Part shown: piece by piece, positions 13,369 to 28,982 of the stretch | Position numbering within the stretch: position 1 is the first letter of the stretch | Layout: every line of letters starts with the position of its first letter | Assembly: GCA_046563655.1 (NCBI GenBank) | Contig: CM102287.1 | Coordinates: forward strand, 6,138,001-6,202,000 | Length of the DNA: 64,000 bases | Source of the DNA: Yuukianura sp. NJ FZ-2021 | Taxonomy: Eukaryota | Direction: 5' to 3' | Made by a program: the position numbers and the translations under genes | The notes under the pieces: generated by a model | Databases searched by the model: none | Told to the model about the DNA's origin: nothing | What the model saw: the letters and a program-made list of their open reading frames with translations, nothing else

Positions 13369-14548
13369 CACGTAGAGTTTACCAATTAGTTGGATAAATC
13401 TGTTGTAGTGAGCTGTCTGTCATCGTCTCACAACAATTCACTTCTGTGGAAACTTCTAACAAGAATTGGCGCAAATAAACGTAGAGATATTAATTTTTCA
13501 ACCAAATAGCAAACTACATAAAAATGTCATTTACTTCTTTTAGAACGAAGATGGGATCTTAGAAGGAAAGCTTAAAACAGTTGTCTAAAAGCATAAATAC
13601 TATAAACTGGTAAATGTACTTAAAGTAGTATAGTAAGAGCACAATGTAGGTATGGTGTCTCAAAGGCATTTGAGACAAAAACCATTTGATGGTATATGCT
13701 TTCCCAAGAAAAATCGTCTTAATATATTATTAAATTGGGTTAGCGTCTATTATTAAATTTAATGTGACACTGAAAACATGAAAGACTTTCAACTTTAAAC
13801 TTCTATCTTGACACATTTTAAAAGCTTTTGCCAAAGAAAATATTGCTGAACATTAGAAATGCTCAGTAAATGCTATCGAGCTGGTTATGAGATAAATAAA
13901 GAACACTGCCAAATTAACTTTTGTTGTACCAAAGCCTGAACATAACAGAATTGGCAAATGTTAATATAATAATTATTTTTCTGCTTTTTTTTTATTAATT
14001 ACTATTTGGGATTAGTTAGTACTAAAACGTGAGTGAAAAATTTAAAACGTTTGATTATGATAATTGCAAATCTACATAATTATTACAGTTATAACTTATA
14101 TATAACTTATATAACTATATATTATATAACTTATATATTACAGTATAATTATTACAATAATTATTAACACTCTAATGAGTAATATAGCCGTTGTGTATTA
14201 GCATTAGCATGTACAAAACCTTAAAAAAAAACAACTTTTAGTTAAGCCAAATTCTTTAATTCTGTAGTCAGTTGCAATAAATTCTCGTTTGCTTAATGGT
14301 GTACTATCGTAAATATGAGAATATGACTTTTTTCGATTTCCTTAATGTTCTACTTTCATTAGTGTGGCATGGCATGCGACACAGTAGGAACTACAATGTG
14401 TAGCTGCACAATAACTAATACAGCAAATGAATTCAAAATGATACCCTACTTTATATTCAGGAATTATCGGATTCAAATGAGTAATAATAAGCAACTAATT
14501 CAATTGCAGCATTTGAAATATTAAACCATGACAAAAAGGTTAGGAAAT

Positions 14549-17379
14549 TCAACATTGTGAAGGTGACACGGGGACTTCTGGATTCTGAGACATAAAGTTG
14601 ACCGGGGTAATATGGAATCCAGCATCATGCGCATTCATGATTGGCCATTCTTCGGGCCTTGGAATGTGCGTTATTCCAACAGTATACCAGGCCACGACAT
14701 CCGTGTTCTCCAGTGATTCACGATTGCTTATGTATGTGGGCAGTCCTTGGCCCGGGTCACCACTCCTTGGGAACAAGCCGGCAGCTCCTTGCTCATCGTC
14801 TTTATACACTGTGACCCAAAATGGATGCGTAACAAATTGAGCTTGCGGGTAAATAAGGCCTTCAGGATTCAAAAAACTGTGCGCTACTGTAGTTGCCGGT
14901 GTCACAGCGTAACCGCGCATGCTTCCGAACTTGTTACGACTCTTTGGATTCACCATGTGCCATGAGCGACTGCGTTCAAGCTTCCAGTCTCTGCCAGTTT
15001 CCGTTTTGATTAATTTTTTCTTCGCTGAAAATGCATCAAGGTCAGCTCGAAGTCCGGACTTTCCCGAATTTCCTACAACATCAACTTCCAAAACTGAATT
15101 TAATGGTCCATCAACATCAAAATCCATTCGGTAATTGAAAAAGTGTTGATGAATTGGTGTCACAAGGTTGTTGTTGACCAAGTTAAGGCAGGAATCTATA
15201 CACGTTGCGTCATTTTTCACGGAAGATACGCCACGCGGAAGTGTAATTCCCGTAAGTTTGACATTGACATCCATGGATCCGTCCATTTTGAAAATGTACT
15301 CGAACGCATAGTCGTAGTTCCCAATCGCCGCAGCAAACGTTATGACCAAGTCCCGCCCTCTCTTCCCATGGATTGACTTTCCGTCGTCGCTGGTGTGTTT
15401 GTACAAAATCCCGCCATCTCTTTCGTACGCGCCTACGCATGCTTCCTTCACCACGGGCTCTCCTGTACTGTCATCTGCCATCGTGCAATTGAAAAGCAGT
15501 GCGTTTTCTGGAACGTCAATTCCAAGTTCTAATGGAGTGCTCAGACGCCCCAAACCATACTCCTTAAAATCAGCATTAAAATTAATTACAGCAAAAATTA
15601 CTCCACGTTTATAATTTCTACTTACTCCTGCATCAAACGGATTTCGCCAGCGCCAAAGCCCGCCAGTGTCGCCATACGGAACAAACATTTCGGAAATCGA
15701 AATTTTGTACAGTATGAGCCGTTCTTCACAGTCGGCATTGTAACGAACATGATACAACTTAAGACCGTTGAGGGAGTCCATAGCAAACAGAAATTTCCAT
15801 TTATACCAACTGATTTCTTCACCTTTGACCTGGATTGAACTTCCTTCAAGTTGAGTTATTCGTAATGGCTTGAGCTCAAGGTCGGACTTGCGCAAAGTCG
15901 AAGCTGAATCGGTCAAAAGCTCAAAGTTCGACGGCGACGGGATTGCCGTATCGTCTGTAAAGGAGTAGACAGTTTTCGAATTGAGGTCAATTGTCATCTC
16001 TAGTCCTTCAATGGGATGCCAATCATAGTAACTCGCCTCTGGTCGTTGGTAGAATGTGACTAGAGTCACTAATCGTTTTCCTGGAGGATGACCTTGTACC
16101 CCGATGGCTCCAAGTACCCAACTTTCGCATTTGGCATAACTAAAGTTGAGCCCCCTTCGTTCATATGCTTCCTTCACCCTTGGGTCCTTGAAGAACATTG
16201 CTTGGGCTTCCAAATCTTCACTGTGTAAAAGTGGTGGTAACTTGTTCGGTTGTGGTTTTATGCTCAAAATTGACCTTTGACCCAGGTCAACCGTCACTGT
16301 GGACAGAAGATTTGAGCGCATGTCGAAAACGGCTGCAAAAGCCAATCTTTCTCCAACTTTTGTTTTGAAACCATTCCAAATGGCTTTGGTAGGTTCCTGA
16401 CTTCGGATAATTGGAAACTGGATGTCGTGTGAAAACTTTGAAGAGGCTCGAATGATTCCTACGACGGAATTGACCTCCTCAGTGGAAAGGTCATTGAAAG
16501 GGCAGAGGTCACCGTCGCTACAAAACCGAGCTGCTTCACACTGTCGAGTAGCGCTGTTGCAGTAGGCCTTTCCATTCACCAGGGGGCAGCACTCGCTTGA
16601 CTCTCTGCATGATTCTTCAAGACTTGAACATGAACCTTCAATTTACATTTGAATAATTTATCATTTATTGAAGCAATAGTAAAAAAAATATAATAATAGC
16701 CCGGATAAGGAAGATAAATCAATATTTAGAACTTTCCCGTCTTTAAAAACTTTAAGATCTTATAAATTCTTTGTTAAGGATGAAACTTTTTTTTTAATAA
16801 CTGTACAATTTTTAATGAAAAAAAAAACATTTTTTTTTTTACATAAAAACAGAATTTTCCGTTAATATTTGCAGTTTTCGCGCAAAGGCAAAGAACGAAA
16901 GAATCATTGTCTTCATTTTTGCACCACACTAATAACGTTAAGTTCTTAATTAATTTTCAAACTATTATTACAAACGATTTAAATATACATACAACTAAAT
17001 GTATAACTAAAGAAGCGTTGCAATGCAGCGGATCTCGGCCAATGACATGCCCATTCGAAAATCAACGATACAAATAATTTTTGCTTAAACTACCTCAGTG
17101 CGTAGTACGTAATAGATACTGTTTCCAGCTTCATGTAGATACTAGCCAAAACGGGTTCAACGCTAGTTACTGCATCATTTAAACGAACTTTTTGAAGAAA
17201 GTTTTAAGTTCTTGAAATGTTTTTTGAATCTTTCTTATCCAGGGTAGTTTGATTATTGAATAATTATTAAAATAATCAAAGAAAAAATATACAAAGCCTT
17301 GTATATGGAGCTCACCAGCTAAAGAGTTGTGAACGACAGTCCCAAGAAAGAAAATCAGAACAATTGTGATGTGTTCCAT
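14549..17379 (-). CDS. Secreted copper-containing (TPQ) primary amine oxidase with N-terminal Cys-rich module; exons 17316-17379, 15626-16635 and 14549-15562
   Basis: TPQ motif GNYDY; Cu ligands HQH and THIPRPEEWP; catalytic Asp in FDAGEYGLG after removing a 63-nt intron (15563-15625); signal-peptide exon MEHITIVLIFFLGTVVHNSLA. Confidence 0.92.
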
Positions 17380-17770
17380 TGTTTTGGACAATGAAAGTGA
17401 AAGGAAAGTGTTACTTGAAGATTCGATATTAGTTCTGGAATTCGCTAGTGAAGAGGAATGCATGTAGGTAATGACTTTTCGAATTTCTAACTCATTAAGC
17501 TGAACATGCTCAATTACTTCACGAACTCTCATTAGCGCTTTTATGACTCTGTGCGTGTGATACGCTTATGAATTTTGTGTCATAAGGTTATAATTTAACC
17601 TTCAAACGAAAGTGAGAAGTAATTTACACGTCTTAGCTCATGAGCGTTCAGAGAAGGCTAAAATTAACTTGAATTTTGAAAATCGAATTCCCTATGAATT
17701 AAAAAATAATTTTCTTCTCACTTTATTTTTTTCATGCCAGCTGCAATTCTTTGTTCAGGTATAGATTAGT

Positions 17771-21107
<3,337 letters not shown>

Positions 21108-21242
21108 GAAAGCGAATTTTTACACGAAAGTACTATCTTCAAAGTAATAGAGACGGAGAGTTTTATAACTTTAGAGAAAAAAAATGTGATAATCAAGATA
21201 AGTTTCTGCGAAGTTTTTTTTATGAAATCTAACAAACAACCT

Positions 21243-21296
21243 TAAGTGTCATTCAAGTTGTCATTAAGTGTCATTCAAGTTGTCATTAAGTGTCAT
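21243..21296. repeat. Short tandem repeat (TAAGTGTCATTCAAGTTGTCAT unit)
   Basis: About 2.5 copies, directly visible upstream of the GH1 gene. Confidence 0.7.
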
Positions 21297-22328
21297 TGCC
21301 ATCAAGTGACAATAATTGATCAACAAATTTCTTCAACAACACTTGTTTAGAGATACCAAAGCTATCTCAAACTTTTAACCATGGGGTGACCTCTGCCAAA
21401 ACCTCGGTGTTTAAAAGGTGCAATTGATCAACAATCCATCGGTTAATAACGCATCTGCAATCGGTTTTGACGTAATTTCTCAGTTGAGAAAAAGCAGTTA
21501 CGCAGATAGATGGACATTCCCAAACCACGCGACCTCTCCAACTTCCACTTGTAAAATTCATACTTGTTTTTAAAAAATCTTCATTCCTAATAAAAAAAAG
21601 CCGCTACTCCTAATTGACCATTGTCTGATTATTTTAAAAGTCACACGACCTCAATCAAGTGGCATTTCAAGTAGGCCAAAAACAGCTCGGAATTTCTGCG
21701 CAGTTGCGTTGGCATAGAAAGGTCGTATGTACCCCATGTACGTAACGGGGGCTTGTGTTTCGATGTATTCGATGGTTAATTGAATTAGGCTTTAATTAAC
21801 GTTAGGTTAGGTTTGGTTAGCATAATTTCAGTGCTAATTAGCTAATTTAGCGTGCTTAGATTTTTGGATGCTTTAGATTATTGTTGCTTAGATTATAGCA
21901 TGGGATCTCCTGAACGGATCAAAAAATTTGAATTCGTTGTCAATCGCAATCGCGTTCTGAAAACCTTTAGAGACACAAATATCATGTCGTGTCATTCATA
22001 AAACAAAACAAAATAATACAATTCATAGAATTTTATTTTGTATTTTTTGACTCTGAATGAAATAGTATATGAATACATACCTTTATATTTTACAAAAGTC
22101 ATAGCAGTTTTAGAAACAGGTCAAACGTTCATTGGATGCAATTATAACACATGATATTTTTCTCGTAAGGGTCAAAGTGAAACAAGAGTCTTTGAGAAAC
22201 AGATAGATTTCGAGAACAAGGTCAACATGAATTTTAGTTTTAAAAAATGATATTTGCATTTCGCCCAATTGTAACTATAGGCGTGTCATTCATCTTATCC
22301 AACTGCAAACTTCCGAAGAAACAATTGG

Positions 22329-25300
22329 TTACTCCACAGAAACAAAGTGAGTTTCATCTTTTACCATGGACAAGCTAAAGGTGGCAGCAGATTCAGCAGC
22401 ATAAGGATGGTCATGAGCAACATTTGAAGCCAAGGCTTCAATTGTTTCAAATAAGTTCGTTGTTTTCGGTGGTCTGTTTTGTGGGGGCTTAACGGAGTTA
22501 AGTTTAAGTATACCAGGTTTCACATGATCATTACTCAACTGTACTTTTCGAGGCCGAATACGTCGTCGAATTGTATTAACTTTCAGAGCCAAAGGTCGAG
22601 TCACTCCGTGAAGATTGTAGTAAAGTCCACAAGAGTTACAGACGCGTTGCCCCGCTCGATTTCTTCTCCAAAGTGTTGTGGTGACGGTGTGACAGTTTGA
22701 ACAAGTGGCACCCTGAAGTACCATCCATGCTTAATTTTGAACTCAATTCTTTTCAGTGTAAGAATCTAGTGTCCAGTTAGTAATTGTTACTGTTGCTTAC
22801 CCCTTGTCGATGTGCTGGTACCGACTCTCGGAGAAAAATGTCATCTCCACCTCTAAAGACAATTGGACCGGAATCATCTACAGGGAAAAGGAGGCGTGTT
22901 GTTAATTGATGAGTACTTTTAATAAATTGTATAATTTAACATTAGATTATACGTACCATTTGTAGCTATTCCCTTTACATGAGCACAAATGTCAAGATGA
23001 ATTTGAAAATCTTCTGGTTCAGAAAATTGTTCTGAGCAGAATTCACATATGAAATCGCCCTTGGAATCATTCATAGCAAACGCTGCTGGATCTTCGGACT
23101 CGTCAAAGGAAAAGTCGTCGGAGAACATTTCATCTAAACCACCCAAACTCCGATCAATGGCATCAGCAGCTAAAAAAGAAAATAATTTTAGGTATTTGTT
23201 ATGTTTTGTTTTTTTGCACTCAAAAACGTTTAAAAAAGTTATTCACATGTTTGGTGGATTTTGCTGTGTTCTTTGAACTCTGCTGCAGTCATGTTGTCAA
23301 AATTGCAATTACAGTAGATACAAAAGAACGGATCTTCTTGTTCCAATTTTAGTCTTTTTTCTTTCCCAGGCTCCTGCTCGTCAGTAGCTGGACTACCGTC
23401 AAATTCATCTTCCAGTTCCATTACTTCTTGCTTTAGAAAACCTGGATAGACGATGAGGTTTTCCCTGGAACCTTCCGTTAGCAATTCATAATTTCCACCG
23501 TCGTCGATACTTCCGCTATTGGATGTGGACGTTGAAGTGGAGTACATTGCTGGGGGTTCTTCCAAGTCGAAAAAGTCAAAACGATTGGATTGACCAATTT
23601 TGGAGCACGCTTCAAAACCATTTTTGACGTCGTAAAGGTAGCAGCCGTTGCAAATTTGACGACCTTTGAGGTCCGTTCTCCAACAATGAGTATGTCTTGT
23701 TTTGCAATTCCAGCATTCGTCGGGCTTCAACACAGTGTTCTGTGAAAGACAACAAACTGTGAATTCCATTAAAAAATTGAATTATTTTTTAATTCGAATT
23801 ACTATTTCTCGTCGTACAACTGGTTGAATTCTACCAGCTTCTTTCTCTTCATTGATTTCTGCAAAATAAAAAAAAATCATTTCGATAAGATGTAAAAATG
23901 ATTGGATTGGAAACACGCAACTTCAGCGAATGAATTTCACTTACCCTTTAGGTGAGTTTTGAAATGAAGTTGGAATTCTTTCAAATCAACAAATTGCAAA
24001 TCGCAAAATTTGCACTTGAAGGGGTCATGAGCTTGAACTTGTGTAGAATCATGAGTCAAAAGATGAAGTGACATTCCTCTTTCAGTGCCAAACATTCTGT
24101 AGCAAACTGGGCAAGGGTATTCATATTCAACAGGATTATGAGTCAGCATGTGCTTGTTCAGTATTCCACGGACATTAAACGCCTTGCCGCACTCCTTACA
24201 TTGAAAAGGAAGTTTATCTGAAAAATAATGAAAATTCATGTTTAGAAGGCTCATTTTAAGAATCGGGAATTGTGAATTTAGTTTTACGTGGAAAATGATT
24301 TCTTCGGTGGTAAACCATAGACGAGTTTTTCACAAATCGCTTCTGACAAATGTCACAGATATACGGCCTGCGTTCTGTATCAACACAGTATCGATGGTAG
24401 CTGATGTTATTTCTAGTTCTGAACTTTCGAGTACATTTCGTGCACTCATAAAGTGTAGGATTTCCACTTAGAACTCGAATGTGATCCGGAATTGGTTTCC
24501 TGTTATGGTAAGTTATTTCATCTGGACCATCGTCTTCATCTCCATTTCCGCCGGATCGTTTCCGTCTATTTTTGTTTGGGTATCGAGGACCCCAGCTTCG
24601 TGTTCTGTCGTATCGAAAATCCGCCTGGAAATTACGAAATTAATCATTGCTTAGCGTGTGTAAAAAATTAGGACAATAATTACAGAAATTGAATGCAAAG
24701 CGTTGTTACCGGTTCGTATTCATGTGAAGGCTTGATCAGAGCATTATTAACTTCATCTTCAAGCCTCATGACATTGACAGCACAGGCCCTGTAGTTAAGA
24801 TAAGATTTTCCAATTAAAAAGGAAGACACTCTTAAGTGTCTCTGATATTGACATTCAAAGATGAAATGCTAGCAACAGAACAACGGAGAAGAAATTTACT
24901 GAATCAAGTTAGGAGGTTCCGAAGATGATTTCTTCGCTGGCATTCGTTTCCTCCGATGAATTGCAGCATGATTCAAAAATTTAATAGGATCCGTAACGTG
25001 AATATCACAGTGAGAACATTTGTAAGTCAAAACGGGCATAAGACTGTTTAGTTTCAATTGTTCCAAATCATCTGCAACATTACCGCTACGGATCCTAAAA
25101 CACATTCAAACAAATTATCATTAAGTGATGGAAATTGTTTAAACGAATCAATATGATCAACTTAACACGAGCAATCTAAACAAAAAACGAATGCAACAAA
25201 GAAATTAATCTACCCAATAATACTACTCTAGTCGTGTGTCAAAGGTCATCATAGTCCTTATTATAAATTACTGTTTTATTCCACACAACTTTGAATGAAT

Positions 25301-25964
25301 GTCATCTTAGCAAGGAATGAAATATCGCTACGACTGTTATCGTAGTAAACTCATTCCATTATCTTAATACAACTCCAAGCGCATGCGCCCAAGTTCACAC
25401 TGGCGACAAAGCGTAGAGGACTTTATTTAGAAGCAACTATTAGTAAGTAGTATTAGCACCACTACTCCTCTCCTGCAATGTCTTGCAGTTAATAACAAAA
25501 ATTATTCAACAAACTGATGAATGTAAATAATTTTTATTAGTATTCTCGTCTGGCTAAATTATGGTAGCATTTTAACTGCGTTCTGCTCAAGACTGTCATG
25601 AGAGCGCAATCTCAGCGTATCATATCCAGCATGCCAACGTCATCAGTTAAGTAATTATTATATTAATTACAAATTCTGTAATGTAAATTGCATTACATTG
25701 CATAATGTAATATATTACGTAATTAACAGAAACAAACATGTTTACATGCGTACAACACCATAAAAATTGCGAAAAATTTTAAATTGGAATTGATTAATTT
25801 TACCTTTGTGTTTTCGGTCTAAGATGAAACAATGAATTGGCCAATATTTGTTGAGCACTGGTACTGTCGGTATCATCGGTTTCCGACTCTTCCTCTTCGG
25901 GTTCCGATTCTACCAACGACATTTCAAAACCATACTCTGCGTCTGGATCTATTTCGTTTTCCAT
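22329..25964 (-). CDS. Zinc-finger transcription factor with multiple C2H2 fingers and two GATA-type C4 fingers (multi-exon)
   Basis: C2H2 fingers include [22 protein letters not shown] and CKFC..HFKTH. GATA fingers are [25 protein letters not shown] and [28 protein letters not shown]. Acidic N-terminus. Confidence 0.8.
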
Positions 25965-27291
25965 TTTGTTGCGATTTAAAAACGACTGAAGATCAACTGA
26001 GTCTTTACGTATAGTTCCACAATTAAAAAGAATTATTCCGTTATTCAATTGGCATCAGCTGTGCAATTTAATTTTCTGTTTTCAAGATTTTGTTCGTTGA
26101 AAGTGTGAGGAGAGAAGACAAAAGAATGAAAGATAACAGAGGGAATACAGGGAATGCTTTTTTGGGAATGGGATTGGGAAGTGAGGGAGGAGTAGTTGAT
26201 GGGCTAAAAGTGGGGTTGCCATAGGTATCTGTCATGGGTGCGCAAAGGCATGGTCAAGGTTCGGTGTGTAGAAGGCGTATTTCATTTACTTTTGATACTT
26301 TGATACATATATACATTATTACATTATTCTAATGTTACAATGTATTTCAGTGATTGTGTACACAACACGCATCACACAATTATTTACGACATGTACTACA
26401 ACATAATATAATGTACTAATATAGAGCATCTCATTAACGCTATCTAATTGGTGATGTATTGCGTGTTACTACTAAATCAGGCAAAAACTTTGGTATTAAA
26501 CCAGTATAATATTGACCACAGTCACTCACCTTACCCTAAGGATGAATTAAATTATTAACAATAATTGTTAATAATTTAATTGGATATTCCAATTATTGGA
26601 ATATCCAAATGCTACACATTACACTTTCTGTATAAGTAATGCCAAATAGTTCGCAAGTTTTGTGCGTTGTCGACGATATAATCGTCTGTTTCACTGTGTG
26701 TGTGCGCGCGTTGGTTTGTTACACTTTACACATGTCTGCACCTTTCCTCGTTTTTACTCGTAAATTCTCCCCACAGGATTCTACTTTCACTTTTCTACGA
26801 AGAGGGGCAGGCCGGAGGCAACACAGCACATGTTAAATGCAGGGGGCAATACATTGCAGCTTTTAACATTCAAAACTTTACGGTTTCCCGCTGGTGGTAA
26901 CTTTCGCGTCGCTTGTCGCTTTGTGTTCAACAGCAACACAAAAATTCGGATTAATGATTTAAGTAACTACTACTACTATTGATATTTATAATGTTTGAGT
27001 TAGAACTCTACTGAAATCCATCCAATTTACACTTCAGATTCCGGTTCAAATCCTTTCCATTCCGAAGGTCACCGCTGCGTCGCTACTAGGTGATATGGTG
27101 TATTGGCTCTGAAAAAATTAATTTACGTTTGTACTGCACTGTATAATAAAACATTCGCTAGATATATGTACTATGTATTCATTTATATTTGATAAGTATC
27201 AAAAATTTTCCAATGACTTATATTGCATGTAGTTGTAGTTAAAAAAATCTGTCAAAAAACGAGTAATACGATGTAAATATGAAATATGCTA

Positions 27292-27813
27292 CAGTGGATT
27301 CTCTAAATAAGGGACAGGAGCTCCTCCTCTTTCTCACTTTCACTCGAAGTCGCGGTACCGTAAAGTTTTAATTTTGGAGGGAACGTATGTTTCAGTTTAT
27401 CGGCTTATTTTTTACGATTGTTTTTTTTTTTGGTTAATTTTTTTTGGTGCGAAACAAAAGTAATTAGATAGGTAATATATCAGCGCACAGACTGCGCAAC
27501 AGCGCACAAACTGCGCAACAGCGCACAAACTGCGCAACAGCACACAAACTGCGCAACAGCGCACAAACTGCGCAACAGCACACAAACTGCGCAACAGCAC
27601 ACAAACTGCGCAACAGCACACAAACTGCGCAACAGCGCACAAACTGCGCAACAGCACACAAACTGCGCAACATATTATATTATATAACCTGAGCACACAA
27701 ACTGCGCAACAGCACACAAACTGACCGTTTGCCAGAAATCTTACGGTACTGGGGGAGGCGCCTACTACCAATCCTCCAATAGTGATTTTTTCCCTTATTT
27801 AGAGAATCCACTG
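27292..27813. mobile_element. Tc1/mariner-pogo-type MITE with TA TSD, containing a minisatellite
   Basis: TA|CAGTGGATTCTCTAAATAAGGGA ... TCCCTTATTTAGAGAATCCACTG|TA. Confidence 0.85.
27481..27722. repeat. 19-bp minisatellite (CAGCRCACAAACTGCGCAA), about 10-12 copies
   Basis: Directly visible tandem array; it generates the spurious Cys-rich ORFs. Confidence 0.9.
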
Positions 27814-28073
27814 TATTACCAAAAACTATGCTATTACCAAAGTTAGGAAAAAATTCCTAACCTAACGAAAATCTGGAGTGGTCAAATCCATTAACAATGA
27901 TTCCTTTGTATACGGAATTTAGTGTTATACACGCAATTAGTCAAATGAGTAAAATTAACCTTTATTGAAATGTTTTGTATTAGTTATTTAATTTAATTTA
28001 AGAAAAATGTATCAAAAAATAATTTAAAAATATATCCACGCAAAAGAAAATGTGCCTTCTGTTGGTGTCATAT

Positions 28074-28442
28074 TTATTAAGTATCGTCAGACACTTTTAG
28101 GGATCGTAATGTCCGTCCGTCCGTCTGTCTGTCCGCCTGTCTGTCTATCTACGCGCGTCTACAACTCAAGGACCACTGGACCAATTTCCTATCTGTCTTC
28201 GCAGGTGAACTTTACATGGTCCGGGGGTGAACAAGTGGTTTCCGGTTTGACCGGAAGTGGCCAACTTCCGGGTCAAAGGTCAAGGTCGGATGGATGTTTG
28301 ACAAGGACTAAAATTCCGATCGTTTTTTGACTCAAGTGACATCCAACAATATCAGAGGTCAATGCGGTCAACAATATCCTGCGCGGGAACTCTCTACAAC
28401 TGATCTGACGATACTTATTTACATCGTTTTTGCAAGAAGTTT
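28074..28442 (+). mobile_element. Helentron-associated (HINE/DINE-1-like) non-autonomous element, copy 1
   Basis: Subterminal inverted repeats AAGTATCGTCAGA and TCTGACGATACTT, a GTCY microsatellite near the 5' end, and a related copy at about 44853. Confidence 0.7.
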
Positions 28443-28982
28443 ATTTTTACCGCACAAATATTACTAAATCAACGCCTGGAGACCATGTTCATACTTAAAT
28501 CAATTTTAAAACGTAGAAGTTCAATGAAACTGGTATACGAGATTCATTACATTTTTGTAAATGCAAAGTACCGAGAAGACACGACAAAATTTACACCCAT
28601 TACCAATCATTATGATGCATGCATTATAGATAGCATTAGGAAATTTACGGTACACACCAATCCACGCTTCATAAAATGACCATAACAAAACACAAGGGGA
28701 AACAGAAAAACAAGTTTTTTTTGTCAATATTTTCTGCCCCTGGTAATTCCACTTTGCAAAAGGAAGAATCAGCTGCAAAGTGGAAACTTATAAGACTTTT
28801 ACGGAATGATTCATAAAATGAGTATTTGTCATTTCTTTAGATTAGATTTACGTTTAAAACTAAACCCATTACACAATCATACGACAAGAAGTTCAGCGTT
28901 TCAAAAAGCTAGGGTATACGCATCTCTTGAATAGAAATTCAAAAAAAAAAAACTATTTGAGGAAATAATAGAAGTAGAAAAT

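Noticed and set aside
14080..14170. TATAACTTATA repeats
   Set aside because: Simple AT-rich low-complexity sequence.
21790..21900. TTAGG-like tract as an interstitial telomere
   Set aside because: Only 2-3 degenerate units; likely part of a decayed repeat element whose ends I could not define.
27412..27771. Cys-rich repetitive ORFs and a CRISPR-like appearance
   Set aside because: These are translations of a 19-bp minisatellite inside a MITE. There are no unique spacers and the context is eukaryotic.
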